A DNA stretch of 64,000 nucleotides from positions 1,027,693 through 1,091,692 of the forward strand of contig NW_002060953.1 in NCBI RefSeq assembly GCF_000150275.1, read 5' to 3'. Below the pieces are notes generated by a model. It saw only the letters and a list, made by a program, of their open reading frames with translations. It was not told the DNA's origin and did no database searches. The stretch's first letter is position 1. Every line of letters starts with the position of its first letter. Shown in pieces: positions 14,001 through 26,200 of this stretch. The stretch comes from Trichoplax adhaerens. Its lineage: Eukaryota > Animalia > Placozoa. The position numbers and the translations under genes were made by a program.

Positions 14001-15310
14001 AGTAGAAAGTTATGCGAGCGAGTTGATCGCTCTACACGAAAGTAGTTACTAGATAAATATTACCATGAGCCTCTAGCCCGCACAACATGTACTAGATATA
14101 CAGATGGTTGGGTCAAGGAGAAGCAAGAGGGTTGATAGCGCCACACGAGAGTAGTTTTTTTTACAGAGCAAAGCACCGTCCATGTTTTAATGAAGTCGAT
14201 TTCGTTATGGTGCTAATGGCAATAGGCGACCCATGTCAGTTTTATGTTGCTAAGTTACTATATATGCACCACAAGTTTTGACCGTAAGTAGAAAAGGACT
14301 ACCATACAGTAGACCTGCAGGTGTAGTGGAGATAGGGATAAGTAATCTATTAGTTTAGGGTAGTAGTTCGCAAGTTAAGTTTGCGACTAGTTTTGAACAT
14401 TGCAAATGGCTATGGCTATGAGATTGAAACAGTCAAAGCTGTGTGCAAGAGAAGTGAGCTAGTCCATTATTGCACCTGTGTAACAAGATTGCTCTACACG
14501 ACAGTAGTAACAATACTAACTCACTACGCTTCTCCATAACCATTGCATTCCTGGCGATAAAAGGCAGCATGCAATGAGATGATTTGCCAATCTATGCGTA
14601 GCACAACCTTGCAGCCAGGCAGGGCAGGCTACCAAAGAGAGTTGGATACTTTTCCGCCATGCTACAGTCGATCGGATTTGGGTGGAAGCTTGGATGCACA
14701 AGGAAGGTCGGAAGGCTCGGAACTACGAGCTTCAGGATCCTGTACCATGGACTACAGTACAGACAGACATGGGGCTACTTTGGTCAATAAAATGGTGTGC
14801 AACACTTGACGATGGCAGTACTTTAGTTTGCCGACAGTCGATTCTAAATAGACTGATTGTTTCTAAATTAAGTAATATTGCATTCACTGTTACTAAGCTC
14901 TGCTTACGAGCAGTCAATGGACATCATGAACGTTCTTCAAATGAATACGAGTGATTTCGAAAACAGACACGCAAGATCTAGACTGAGTCACTGACTATTT
15001 TTCCACATTTTCGGCCTTATTCCATACAGTACGTTAGAATGTTTTACTGTGCTAGAAGAAGACTTCGACTCGGACAGACGGACATCTCTTACCCGATGAG
15101 GCCATACTGTCCATATGGAAAAATGGCTAGTTAGTATGGATTTTCCGAGACTATTTTCGAAATCACTGGCACTGATTTGAATAACATCGACGATCTTATG
15201 GAACTGTCCAAGCGAAAATTGTTGTCACATAATCATATAATGTAATAAGATTAATCGAAATATGACTTCATGGAACTTGCAGACAAAGTAGTTTTAGTCC
15301 AAGAATAGTT

Positions 15311-15737
15311 AGTCAAAGCATGGTCACTTTTCACTTCACTGTACAGTACTGTACAGTGATAGTAATTAGACCTCAATCTTTTACAGTACTCGTCACTGTA
15401 AGACAACGTACTGTAGTTTTAGTCAAAGCATTGTCACTTTTCACTGTACTGTACTGTACTGTACTGTATGATAGTAATTAGACCTCAATCTTTTACAGTA
15501 CTCGTCACTGTAAGACAGCGTAGTTTTTCAAACTAGTTTTAGTCAAAGCATTGTCACTTTTCACTGTACTGTACTGTACTGTACTGTATGATAGTAATTA
15601 GACCTCAATCTTTTACAGTACTCGTCACTGTAAGACAGCGTAGTTTTTCAAACTAGTTTTAGTCAAAGCATTGTCACTTTTCACTGTATGATAGTAATTA
15701 GACCACAGTCTTTTACAGTACTCGTCACTGTAAGACA
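15311..15737. repeat. ~120-bp tandem repeat (4 copies) with an internal (CTGTA)n microsatellite
   Basis: Units agtcaaagcattgtcacttttcactgtac...gtaagaca start at 15311, 15421, 15541 and 15661. Confidence 0.95.
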
Positions 15738-16018
15738 AAGACAGTGACTTGGATTTGAACTTCAGATTATGATCGGTGATTGATTACTCTACGTACATTT
15801 CGGGCAATTGCAGCAAATTGCTGCACAATTTGCCCAGACGAATTTGAATTTTGTGCGCTGGGAGTATTTGAGGACACTCTGTACTGCATAACAGTCAACC
15901 TTTTCACTGTACTGTATAGTAGGACTAGCTTTGCACTGGACACACTTGATCCAAGACTGATCTTAGAGTCCAAAATGGATGAAATGAGCATTTGTTCAAG
16001 AGGCATGTAGCCTTGCAT

Positions 16019-16830
16019 AGAAGGGCATTTCTTGTTCTCACCTGGGCTTATAGCGACTTTCAAGACTTCTCTTTCTAGTAACTAGTACTGCAACATGATG
16101 GGGTCCGCAATTTGCGGTCTAATAGGACTAGAATACATTGGAAAGTAGCCATTTCATCAGGCTCTCCTTCCATGCGTCTTGCAAGTCCCATGAGCATAGC
16201 TATGTCATTTAATATATACCGAATATATATAATACTGTATATACCGAATAGAAGGGCATTTCTTACTCTCAGCTGGGCTTATAGCGACTTGCAAGACTTC
16301 TCTTTCTAGTAACTAGTACTGCAACATGATGGGGTTAGCAATTTGCGGTCTAATAGGACTAGAATACATTGGAAAGTAGCCATTTCATCAGGCTCTCTTC
16401 CATGCGTCTTGCTAGTCCCATGAGCATAGCTATGTCATCTAATATACCGAATAGAAGAACATTTTTTGTTCTCACCTGGGCTTATAGCGACTTGCAAGAC
16501 TAATCTTTTGTAGTAACTAGTACTGCAACATGATGGGGTCCGTAATTTGCGGTCTAATGGGACTAGAATACATTGGAAAGTAGCCATTTCATCAGGCTCT
16601 CTTCCATGCGTCTTGCAAGTCCCATGAGCATAGCTATGTCATCTAATATACCGAATAGAAGAACATTTTTTGTTCTCACCTGGGCTTATAGCGACTTGCA
16701 AGACTAATCTTTTGTAGTAACTAGTACTGCAACATGATGGGGTCCGCAATTTGCGGTCTAATAGGACTAGAATATATTGGAAAGTAGCCATTTCATCAGG
16801 CTCTCTTCCATACGCCTTCTAAGTCCCCTG
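16019..16830. repeat. 204-bp tandem repeat (4 copies)
   Basis: The gactagaata anchor falls at 16126, 16357, 16561 and 16765 (spacings 231, 204, 204). Each unit carries a ccgcaa-t-ttgcgg hairpin, which is disrupted in the second copy. Confidence 0.95.
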
Positions 16831-17161
16831 CCATCTACAGTACTCTATACTGCCGATTCTACAGTTTAATGTACTGGAGGGTGCTGCAATGGACATGTCC
16901 GGACGTCCGTCGACTGCCGTCGTCGACAGCCCATCATGGATCAGTAGACTACCTCGACTACTGTTGCAGGTGTGCAGGCATCATGGCTTAGTATAGCTGT
17001 TAATCTTGCAAGGTCGAGTGCGACTTGGACAGGCTCAGTCAGCGACTCCTAACCGCCATTCTTGTCCAGAATTCTGGTTAGCCTTGCAAGAGAATTTCGA
17101 TCGATCGGCCATTTTTAAGCGCTATTTGGACTTGGAAATTAGTACTACAATATTGCTGAGT

Positions 17162-20100
17162 ATGGCTAATACACCGTCGTTTGGTGGTGGTAGTGGCGGC
17201 TCAATGTTTGGAGCAGGTGGCAGTGGTTTTGGCACCGCGGCCAAGAAGAATCCTACGGCCAATATGGGTGGCTTTGGCGCTGCCAACAATCCCAACGTTA
17301 GTGGAGGCAATTTATTTACAGGCTTTGGTGGAAATCAATCCAACTTTTCAATGGGTCAAAATCAATCATCTCAGCCTTCTCAACCAGCTTTTTCATTTGG
17401 TCAACAGCAAGCATCATCGCAACCTAATACCAATACCATGCAGCAACAGCCACAGCAGCAGCAATCGACTTTTGGCGCTTTTGGCAATTTCAATCCATCG
17501 GCGAGTGGGAATAATAATAATAATAATAATCCTACTGGTACGTTGGGCTTTGGTGCACCATCAAGTACAACAGCAACTTCTTCTGCCTTTACTTTTGGCA
17601 ATACAGCACCATCGATGGGTGGCAAGACATCATTATTTGGTAGTAGTAATCAACAACAGTTTGGTAATAATCAACCCCAATTTGGTAGTGGAAGTACAAG
17701 TACTACAGCAGGATTTACCTTTGGCTCCTCCAATCCGACGACAACGACCGCGCCGGGTGCTGCTGCTAACCCACAATTTTCATTGACTAACCCTTCTACG
17801 TTAACCACTGCGACTACTACTTCGGCCACAACTTCATTCTTTGCCAACGCAGCTGGTACTTCTGCTGCAACAAACAATCCATCAACTGGCTTTCAATTCA
17901 ATAGCAATACTGGTAATAAGCCACTCCAATTTGGTAATTCTACCCCAGCAACATCGTCGTTGAACTTTGGTAGTTCGACAACGACCAACACCAATCCAAC
18001 TGCAGCGACCACTGCCTTTAACTTTGGTACTCCAAAGACACAAACGGGTGGCGTAGGCAATATAACTTTAGGTACACCTAAAACCGGTGCTATGCCAGCG
18101 TTGACATCGCAATCAATCAATCCTGCCGCTGGATTCCAATTACAACTTGCCAGTAGCTCGACAACAGCCCCAACGCTTGCTAGTTCAGCTTCTACTGCTA
18201 CAACGGGTGCTATCCAATTTCAATCTGGTGGCATGAGTGGCGGTACTACGGCGACGACAGGTAAGATTCTGCTGTCCAATGATAGACTTTACGCCCAAGT
18301 AATTGTTTACGACTGTAAAATAAGGAAGGAATAACGTTGTGGATGGAGCATTTGCTCGATTAGAAAGATACGTTGTGCACCGTAATGATAGAATAGGAGC
18401 AAATGTCTCTCTACTAGTACATAGATACCCATACACGTCAACTGTCTGATATTACTTGTGTGATCAACACTCATGATCTCAATTTGTTATTGATACATTC
18501 TAAACTATGATTTCTAGCTGCTAAGCCATCATTCTTTGCATCCACCAATACTGCGCCATCGACATCCACTCCTGCCAGTACTGCAGGATTTACATTTGGA
18601 TCTCTAACCACGACTGCACCGGCTAGTACTGCGGCCACCACGGGTGGAGCTAGTAGTCAATCATCGACAGGATTGAATTTTGCTCCGACTGCATCAACAA
18701 CATCTGCTCAAGCACCTCAGGGTTTCACATTTGGCAATATAACTGCTCCGACCACATCTGCTAAAACGACCAAACCGACTGTTACTTTCAATCTTCCTAA
18801 CGATAAAACAACTGGTGCTAGTAGCGTGCCAACATCATCACAAGGGATTGCATTAACACCTTCAGCTCCTAATCAACAAGCAAGTGCTACGACAACAACA
18901 TTACCTGGTATGTACAAAATCTATCGTTATAGCATAAACGGTGCCAATTAGCCTACGTTGAAATTGATATGATTCGTAAGCCACTGTCTTGTTTTGATAG
19001 CTTCTACCTTTCCGTCGTTTCAACCTACAATGGGTAAAACAACAGCCTCAACATCTACTTCGGATAAATTCAATTTTGGTAAGAGTTGATTAATGCTACA
19101 CATTGGTTTAACGCTTTAACTTTACTAGCTACACTTTCATCATTTAATGCTACCTCTGATAAATTCAATTTTGGTAAGAGTTGATTAATGCTACACATCG
19201 GTTTAACGCTTTAACTTTACTAGCTACACTTTCATCATTTAATGCTACCTCTGATAAATTCAATTTTGGTAAGAGTTGATCAATGCTGCACATTGGTTTA
19301 ACTTTACTTGCTACACTCTTTTCATTTAATGCTACCTCTGATAAACTAAATTTTGGTAAGAGTTGATCAATGCTGCACATTAGTTTAACTTTACTTGCTA
19401 CACTTTCATCATTTAATGCTGCTTTGCGTACACAACTTTTCGTGTCTTGACAAGACCATTAATGTAGTAACCAGTAAGTGTAGAGGTTAATTGGTCCAAA
19501 CGATTGAATAAAAGACTCTTGATCGTTTAATTATCAATAGATGATGGTGATACTCTAATAGTGTTTGTTATATTACTTCATCTATTTGATCAGGATTAAC
19601 TACTACCGCAACTGCTGGTATTACAACATCAAGTGCATCAGGTAAGGTCTTGGCAGTATCATGCCTCACTAAATAATTTGCAATACACCCGGTGCAGACT
19701 TAGTCATCTATTTTGCGTTCAATTGACACTCTCAGAGTAGATTTTTATCATGAATAGAGCCAATTGTAATACCTGTATGCCATTAGATATTCGTATTGCA
19801 TGGACTAGGTATAAAAGTTTCTGTAACATAAAAGAACTAGTGAAAGAGATGAAAAGGATCCTTTAATCGTTTTATGACACTGTAATAGTCAAAACGTTAT
19901 CCGTAGCACTACAATGACTGCTAGTTTGTAACGGGTTCGTAGTACAGCAGAATGGAGCGAATAGATTGGTAGCTTATTATCTTTTGCATTAACCATATTA
20001 CAACAAATTCATTATAACTACCAAGTGATTCGCAGTAAAGTGACTACAGATGGTAAACGAATTAATTTATATAATTGAATGAAGATAAAGCCTAAGGTGT

Positions 20101-21536
20101 TGGAATTAAAACAATCACCGATAACGATTAATCGTATATGTAGTAGTTTTAAAGGGCTTTCTGAACTAAAGTAGTAGAAATTCCTTACCTTGTTAACAAT
20201 GAAGTAATGTAGTAGCTTTATTCGGAATGAATTTGTGTTTGTGCGTTAATGAGCTAGACTTTGTTAAATGTAAATCTATTTATAAAATATATCGTCCATG
20301 AATGAAGGCATTACTCACTCTATCTTCAATATTCAATCATATATTGCAGATAAGACCTCATTTGCTTTACCAACGACCAGTACGACATCCAATGCTGCAG
20401 CTTTAGCAACGGGTTAGTTAAATACTTGGAATTACCAATGATTGTGATGATACACTAGTGTACGTGTAGATTGATCACTGTGTTACGAAAAGTACCTGCA
20501 TTGTTGAGAAATTGATTAATTAAGGACTTTTTTTCTCTTTGTAAATAGCTGACAAACAGCAGGGCAGGTAAGTCAGGCTTTGATAATATAAACTTTAATA
20601 AAAAGAGTCAATAACGTGCGACGCTACGTTACCATACTATAATTCCTATCTCTAATAATAATTATTTCATAAAAAACTTGACAGTCAAATGAAATTAACT
20701 TTTCGACAGCTGGATGATTACGTCAATAAGGTAACAGCAGTGCAATATCATTAGCAATCTATCCTATTTATATTATCTAACAACACATGATAGCATTTCC
20801 TTATGGTAATGATTGACCATGGTAAGAAACCTATTCTGATTATTTTTACATGTCATTATTGACAGTGGAGCGTAGAATTGGAGGAACAGGAAAAAGTGTT
20901 TTTGAAGCAAGCCGCTCAGGTTAACTCTTGGGATGATATCATAAGAGAAAATCAAAAAAAGGTATCAAAGCTGTGCTAATTCAAGATGATATGCCTGACA
21001 ATCAGTTATCATCCCATGTATTTGCCATTTTAAAAAATTAGAACAAATAGTTATTATAAAATATTATCTTTATATTTATTTAGATCATAGATCTCAGCGA
21101 CTATGTAGAAAATTTAAAAGCCGATCAAGATCGCTTAAATAGTGAACTAGACTTTATTGACACTCAACAACGGGAGCTAGAGCACTTGCTTTCTCCTTTG
21201 GAAACAACTGTCCAGCAACAATCTAGCTCGTTTGGTTCTCATCTTATTGACAAAGAAAGGGAGCAAATGTATAGCAGTGCTTGTGAACTTGATGTGCGCT
21301 TACAACAGATGTGCCACGATTTAACCGAAGTTATTGAAAAATTGAACAAGTGCTATAGTGGACAAAATAATAACCCTATGCAACAAGTCACTAAGATTCT
21401 CAATTCTCATACTGAGGCATTAAAATGGATTGATAAAAATGCTGAATTCTTAAAGAGAAAAGTGGATAATGTTGTAAGTCAATCTGAAATTAAAAGGAAT
21501 GAACAAGAACACAGTTTACGACTCGTAAGTTTATAA
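17162..21536 (+). CDS. NUP62: Nuclear pore glycoprotein p62 (FG-repeat nucleoporin with Nsp1-like C-terminal coiled coil)
   Basis: ATG at 17162 (MANTPSFGG). FG/FxFG- and Thr-rich exons: 17162-18260, 18518-18907, 19001-19078, 19594-19641, 20350-20412, 20549-20567. Then 20685-20730 (MKLTFRQLDDYVNK), 20866-20961 (WSVELEEQEKVFLKQAAQVNSWD) and 21084-21536 (DQDRLNSELDFIDTQQRELEHLLSPLE...LNSHTEALKWID), which match the Nup62/Nsp1 C-terminal domain. Confidence 0.95.
19058..19420 (+). repeat. ~95-bp tandem duplication spanning the NUP62 exon-3 end and its splice donor (4 copies)
   Basis: gataaattcaattttg|gtaagagttgat recurs with the exon-side G at 19078, 19173, 19268 and ~19354. Confidence 0.9.
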
Positions 21537-23269
21537 TTGCCTATATGAAGATCATTGACTGTAATGCGCTCAATTTAATCTCATCACGTAATCATTTTTA
21601 CTTTTCAGGCTTTCGATTAAGACCAGATGTTAACATTTCCGGTTATGAAGAGTAGGCAACTTTATCACTTTAGACAACGGTCGCGCTTACAGTATAACTC
21701 AACATAATAATTTGAACATAATACGAACATCTTATTGCCGATGGTAGTCCTACGCATGTTTGCGACTAAACTAACTTAATCTTTTTGTAACATACTAGTA
21801 TAAATCTAAAAAAAAGCAAGCAATTTTGTTGCATTATTACCAAAGAACGGTCATTGTATTGTTCCTTATTTACTACTGATGATAAACTAACATGCTGATG
21901 AAATTACAAACATTAACAAATTCAAGTTAAAAAAATAGATTTAGTAAATAATTCTTATTAACAATGAAACTTTATTAAATCTCGCAAAATTGATTGATAA
22001 TGTACAGTATTATTGTACAAATAATGCGATGCCAACTATCTTTGTCAGCCATGAATGATAACTCAAAAGTGCGCCTACTGTAATAAAATTTTATTACAAC
22101 AAACTTATTGCATTCTAGTAACGGAATTTTAACGTTATTAATCAACGCAGCGTTAAGGCGATCGGTTGAATAGAGATAACGATCAATTCAACTTAACATT
22201 CACATAAAATAATTCAATCGAATATGAATACATTCGTATCTATACAACTTAAGCCCACAGTTGTGACATAGGACTAATAATACATTCTGATAAATAGCTT
22301 AGACTATTGATAGCATCTACTGTTACATGGTTGAACTACTACATTGTAATTTTACTTCAGATAATAGTGTTAATAAACCATTTGTAAAATAATGATAAAA
22401 GAAAAAAATTTCCTAATTTCTTTTTGGAAATAACTCCATCTGGAAAAGCAAGCACTCCAAGTAAATTATTTTACAAGTAAATGTGAGATTACATAGAACT
22501 CGTGAATACAGGAATGTTGTACACTATCTCTGTTAGTAACATATGACCTAATACAGGCTGCTGTAGAATAAAGTACATTAATATCATAAATACAGTACTT
22601 TTGCATTTAAAGAACAAGTACTATATTCAAGTCAAATCAAAGAAATCTCTAACGGTAATTGAACACTTAATTACAATATATTCTTATAGAACAAACAATA
22701 ATGATAGTTTTATGACGTGACAAGTTTTAGCATTTTATGTTACGTCAAGTTAAGTGCATTGATATAAATCGTTTCAATATTTGAAATTCGATATCACTGT
22801 TATAACCTAACCGATAAAGGTAGCCTTCAATATGATTTTAAAATAATCCATCATTTGAATAAAGTCGGCTACAACGTATTAAAGTAGTTCTATAATGAAT
22901 TGTCCATTGAAGATATTTTACAGCATAGATGGGTACGTATAAACATACACATGCAAGGTACGCGCATATCCAACATTTCTCGATACAATATAAAAAGCAC
23001 CGTAAGCTAGATGTAAATACAAAAATTATCAAGCATATGATACAAGGAACTGCTTTTTAATGCCAAATACAAAGTGCATGAAGTGAGCAGGTAGGCGAAA
23101 GCGAAGAATAAGCTTTGCAACTAAGGTAATAGTGTATTGCAGCATCTGCAACCAATCCTATGTAGAGAAGTACTTAGACTGGTTTCGCTATATTGCTATT
23201 TTTGCCAACATCATGGATCTATGCAAGCGTGCAAGTTATTTTATTAGGCATTAGTATGTTTAAAATTTC

Positions 23270-26200
23270 CTAAAGATCGTAAATATTACTAGCCACTTGC
23301 TTCACCTCTTGCACATAAACTTGAAATTCATTATATGCTTCGATTAGAAGCCGTACTTGCCCCCTCATCATAGCCATGTTCCATCCATAATTATCTTTTA
23401 CCTAAAGATTAAAGTTAATACGATGAAACTTGAGAGTAAATAATTTTCCTAATTGTAGTTACTATCCAGACATTTTAGAATCAATATACGTAATCAGCAG
23501 CTACATATGATACCTTTAATAATTTCTTGTTCTTGACTCCACTCTCTTTACTAATATAGGACACCAGTTCGCCCTATTACAAACCAGAAATGATTTCATA
23601 ATACCAACATACACGTGAATGATATTGTTATCAAATAGCTCAATATAAACATCAGTTTAATTACCTGCAAATTAACCGCGTCCGATATAAGCTGCTCAAG
23701 CTAATTAAACATTAAAATACAATTTTTAACATTATATCAATGACATCTATAGTATCTAAAAAATTATCACAATTATTCAGAAATGTTATACAAACCCTTT
23801 CCTGTAGAGAAGGGGCGCTATCAAGTAGAATTCTACCTTCGTCTATCATCTAACAAATAATTCGTTAGTAAATAATAAAGTAAGAATGGAGAAAAAATTT
23901 GGTCAATGAGGTATTACCGATTGGAAGGTTGAAATAGATTTTTTATATCCTTCAGGAACACCTCCAATAGCTTCTAAATGGGGATACTGCATTAAAGCAA
24001 ATTCAATTAATATTTCATACATGCCGATTATTACGTCACAAGAGTAACTAATCAGCAGCTCTCTCTCCTAATATAATAACATTGAAAACATATTCTAAAT
24101 GCAATAAAATAAGAGGACATAAACATTTGCATCATTTACCCCCTCATTGGATGTTATGGACAGCGAGAATGTTTGTGAAGAACCTGTCAATCTTGATGTT
24201 AAATACTTTATACATTGTTTAATATTAGAAGAAGGTGCTAAGCCACATATTTCCTGTATCGTATTTAATAAAAATTACAAAAGTGTTAATAATTTTACAA
24301 TCTACGAGCATCATCTTTAAAAAAGTAAAACACTTAATTACCTTGAATTGAGCTATTGCAATTTGTACATTATCTCTGAGATCAGTACTAGTTCGCAATG
24401 GCTTTACAGCTTCCTGTTATAAGTAATAATAAAACTAATGACATTCCCAATCTCCTAAAGCGAATTATTACCCTACATCCTTTATTTTGATGCAATTGCT
24501 TATATAACCTTGAATATCTCATCAATAGACTTAATTCCGACCGTCTTTAGTTGTGCATACTAATAGTTTAATAAAGAAAACACTTAAAGCAATGAATGAA
24601 GAGTAAAAATTTAATGGTAATGACAGCATCTTTTTTGCATTTATACCTCTCTAGTTTTTTTAAGTTTCTTTATGGACATACCACGTTTGTACGACTATGT
24701 GTAGGCATAAGCAATAAATTAATCTGGTTAGCCAAATAACGTAGGATTTAAAGCAGATCATACTGGCGAAAGTTGTCAAAATATACCCCGAAGGCTCGTT
24801 TGCCAGTCATTGCGACATGTATGAATAAGGTAGCCAGCGGTATCAGTTCACCAGTATCGTCGTACAATTTTAAATGTCGATAACCTAATAGAAAACAAAT
24901 TTCGGACTTCATCTCATTGAAATAAAGTGAACTAAAGAAAAGTTTTTAATTTCAATTTCATGATAAAACTATTCTAGCACATTACCTAATTTTACACAAG
25001 TTAATGGAATCGAATATTGCCCAATAAAGTCATCACCAATATGCTCATCGTCTTTTACCAAAAATCTCAAGATGGCCAATTCGGGTAAGTTAATCAGGAA
25101 TTCATACGATTCATCAAATACCGGGTTAAATCCTGTTAACCACAGGTTAATGCAATACGTTACCACATTATTATATAATAGTAGTACCATTATATCATAC
25201 ATCTTTCACATACTGCATACTTTACTCCAAAAATGATTTGGTAACGTACCGTTATTTGCAATTGTCTTACTACGCTCTTCCGCACAATCAATCGGGATTC
25301 CATTGATTTGTAAAATTACATAGGGATCTACTGCATTGACTTTCGAACCTGATCCTCGTGGCTTTGGTAAATTTTGGCCACTAATGATCTACGGTAAATT
25401 AATGCCAACAATTTGTTTAAATTTAAAATTTAGAACGACTTTCATTAACTGTACTACGAACTTTCATTGTAACTAACCCTAATATGTAAAATTTGTGGAT
25501 CCACTCCTGGAATAGATTCCTTACTTGATGGATTAAAATAAGAATAATCTATACGAAAAAATCAGAGATTTTGCGTTTATACCTTGATAATAACGACTTC
25601 TAAGTAAATAGTACACATAATAATGTACTACTCTTATAATGAATAAGTCTAAACAATAAAAATAGATTTACCTTCACGTAAAGCTGGCGGCTTCAGAACG
25701 TATCCACAGCCACCATTTTCAGTAAATTTTCCAGTATGAAGGTCCATCATTTCTCCGCGTGTTTGATAATTCATGGCCACTACAATTCAATAAGATAAAG
25801 TTGTTACTTTGCAATTTTTAAAAAATTTTGAGCACCGTTAAATCAATTTTGGGGGATGAACAGTATCATCCAAAATAACCTAATTGGCAACCGCAATTCC
25901 ATAAATCTTGCGGATTGTAATTGCTAGAGTCGACGCGTTTAGTAGCTGGATAAATCCTGCTCAAGTAATTCTTATTAAAATTAACAAATTCATCCGGAGA
26001 CGCTTGATTAAGCTTCAATGCCGATACTTCTTCAAATGATGAAGTTTCATAATAATTTCCTAATCATAAAAAATGTTTAATTACATGAAGTACGCGCATA
26101 CTGCTAAAAATTCTGAGCTATAGGATTTGCCGTCAACGCATATAACGGTCAGGCTATCTTTTTTAGTTATTTTTCTTAAAGTATAAAGAAACACTTGCGA

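Noticed and set aside
14516-14954. Overlapping short ORFs in a GC-richer patch
   Set aside because: No recognisable domain or consistent splice structure; more likely 5'UTR-intron or repeat-derived sequence.
15767-16063. SPGENKK resembling the Helitron Rep 'APGE' region
   Set aside because: Only a few residues match. There are no downstream Rep or helicase motifs and no Helitron termini were seen.
17006-17161. ORF-track N-terminal extension of NUP62 from a TTG start
   Set aside because: This is a eukaryotic gene. The ATG at 17162 gives a typical FG-nucleoporin start and the upstream residues look like UTR or promoter.
20026-20052. Possible 27-nt extra NUP62 exon (VIRSKVTTD)
   Set aside because: It is phase-compatible, but the acceptor is weak and the composition differs from neighbouring exons. 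It cannot be supported without transcripts.
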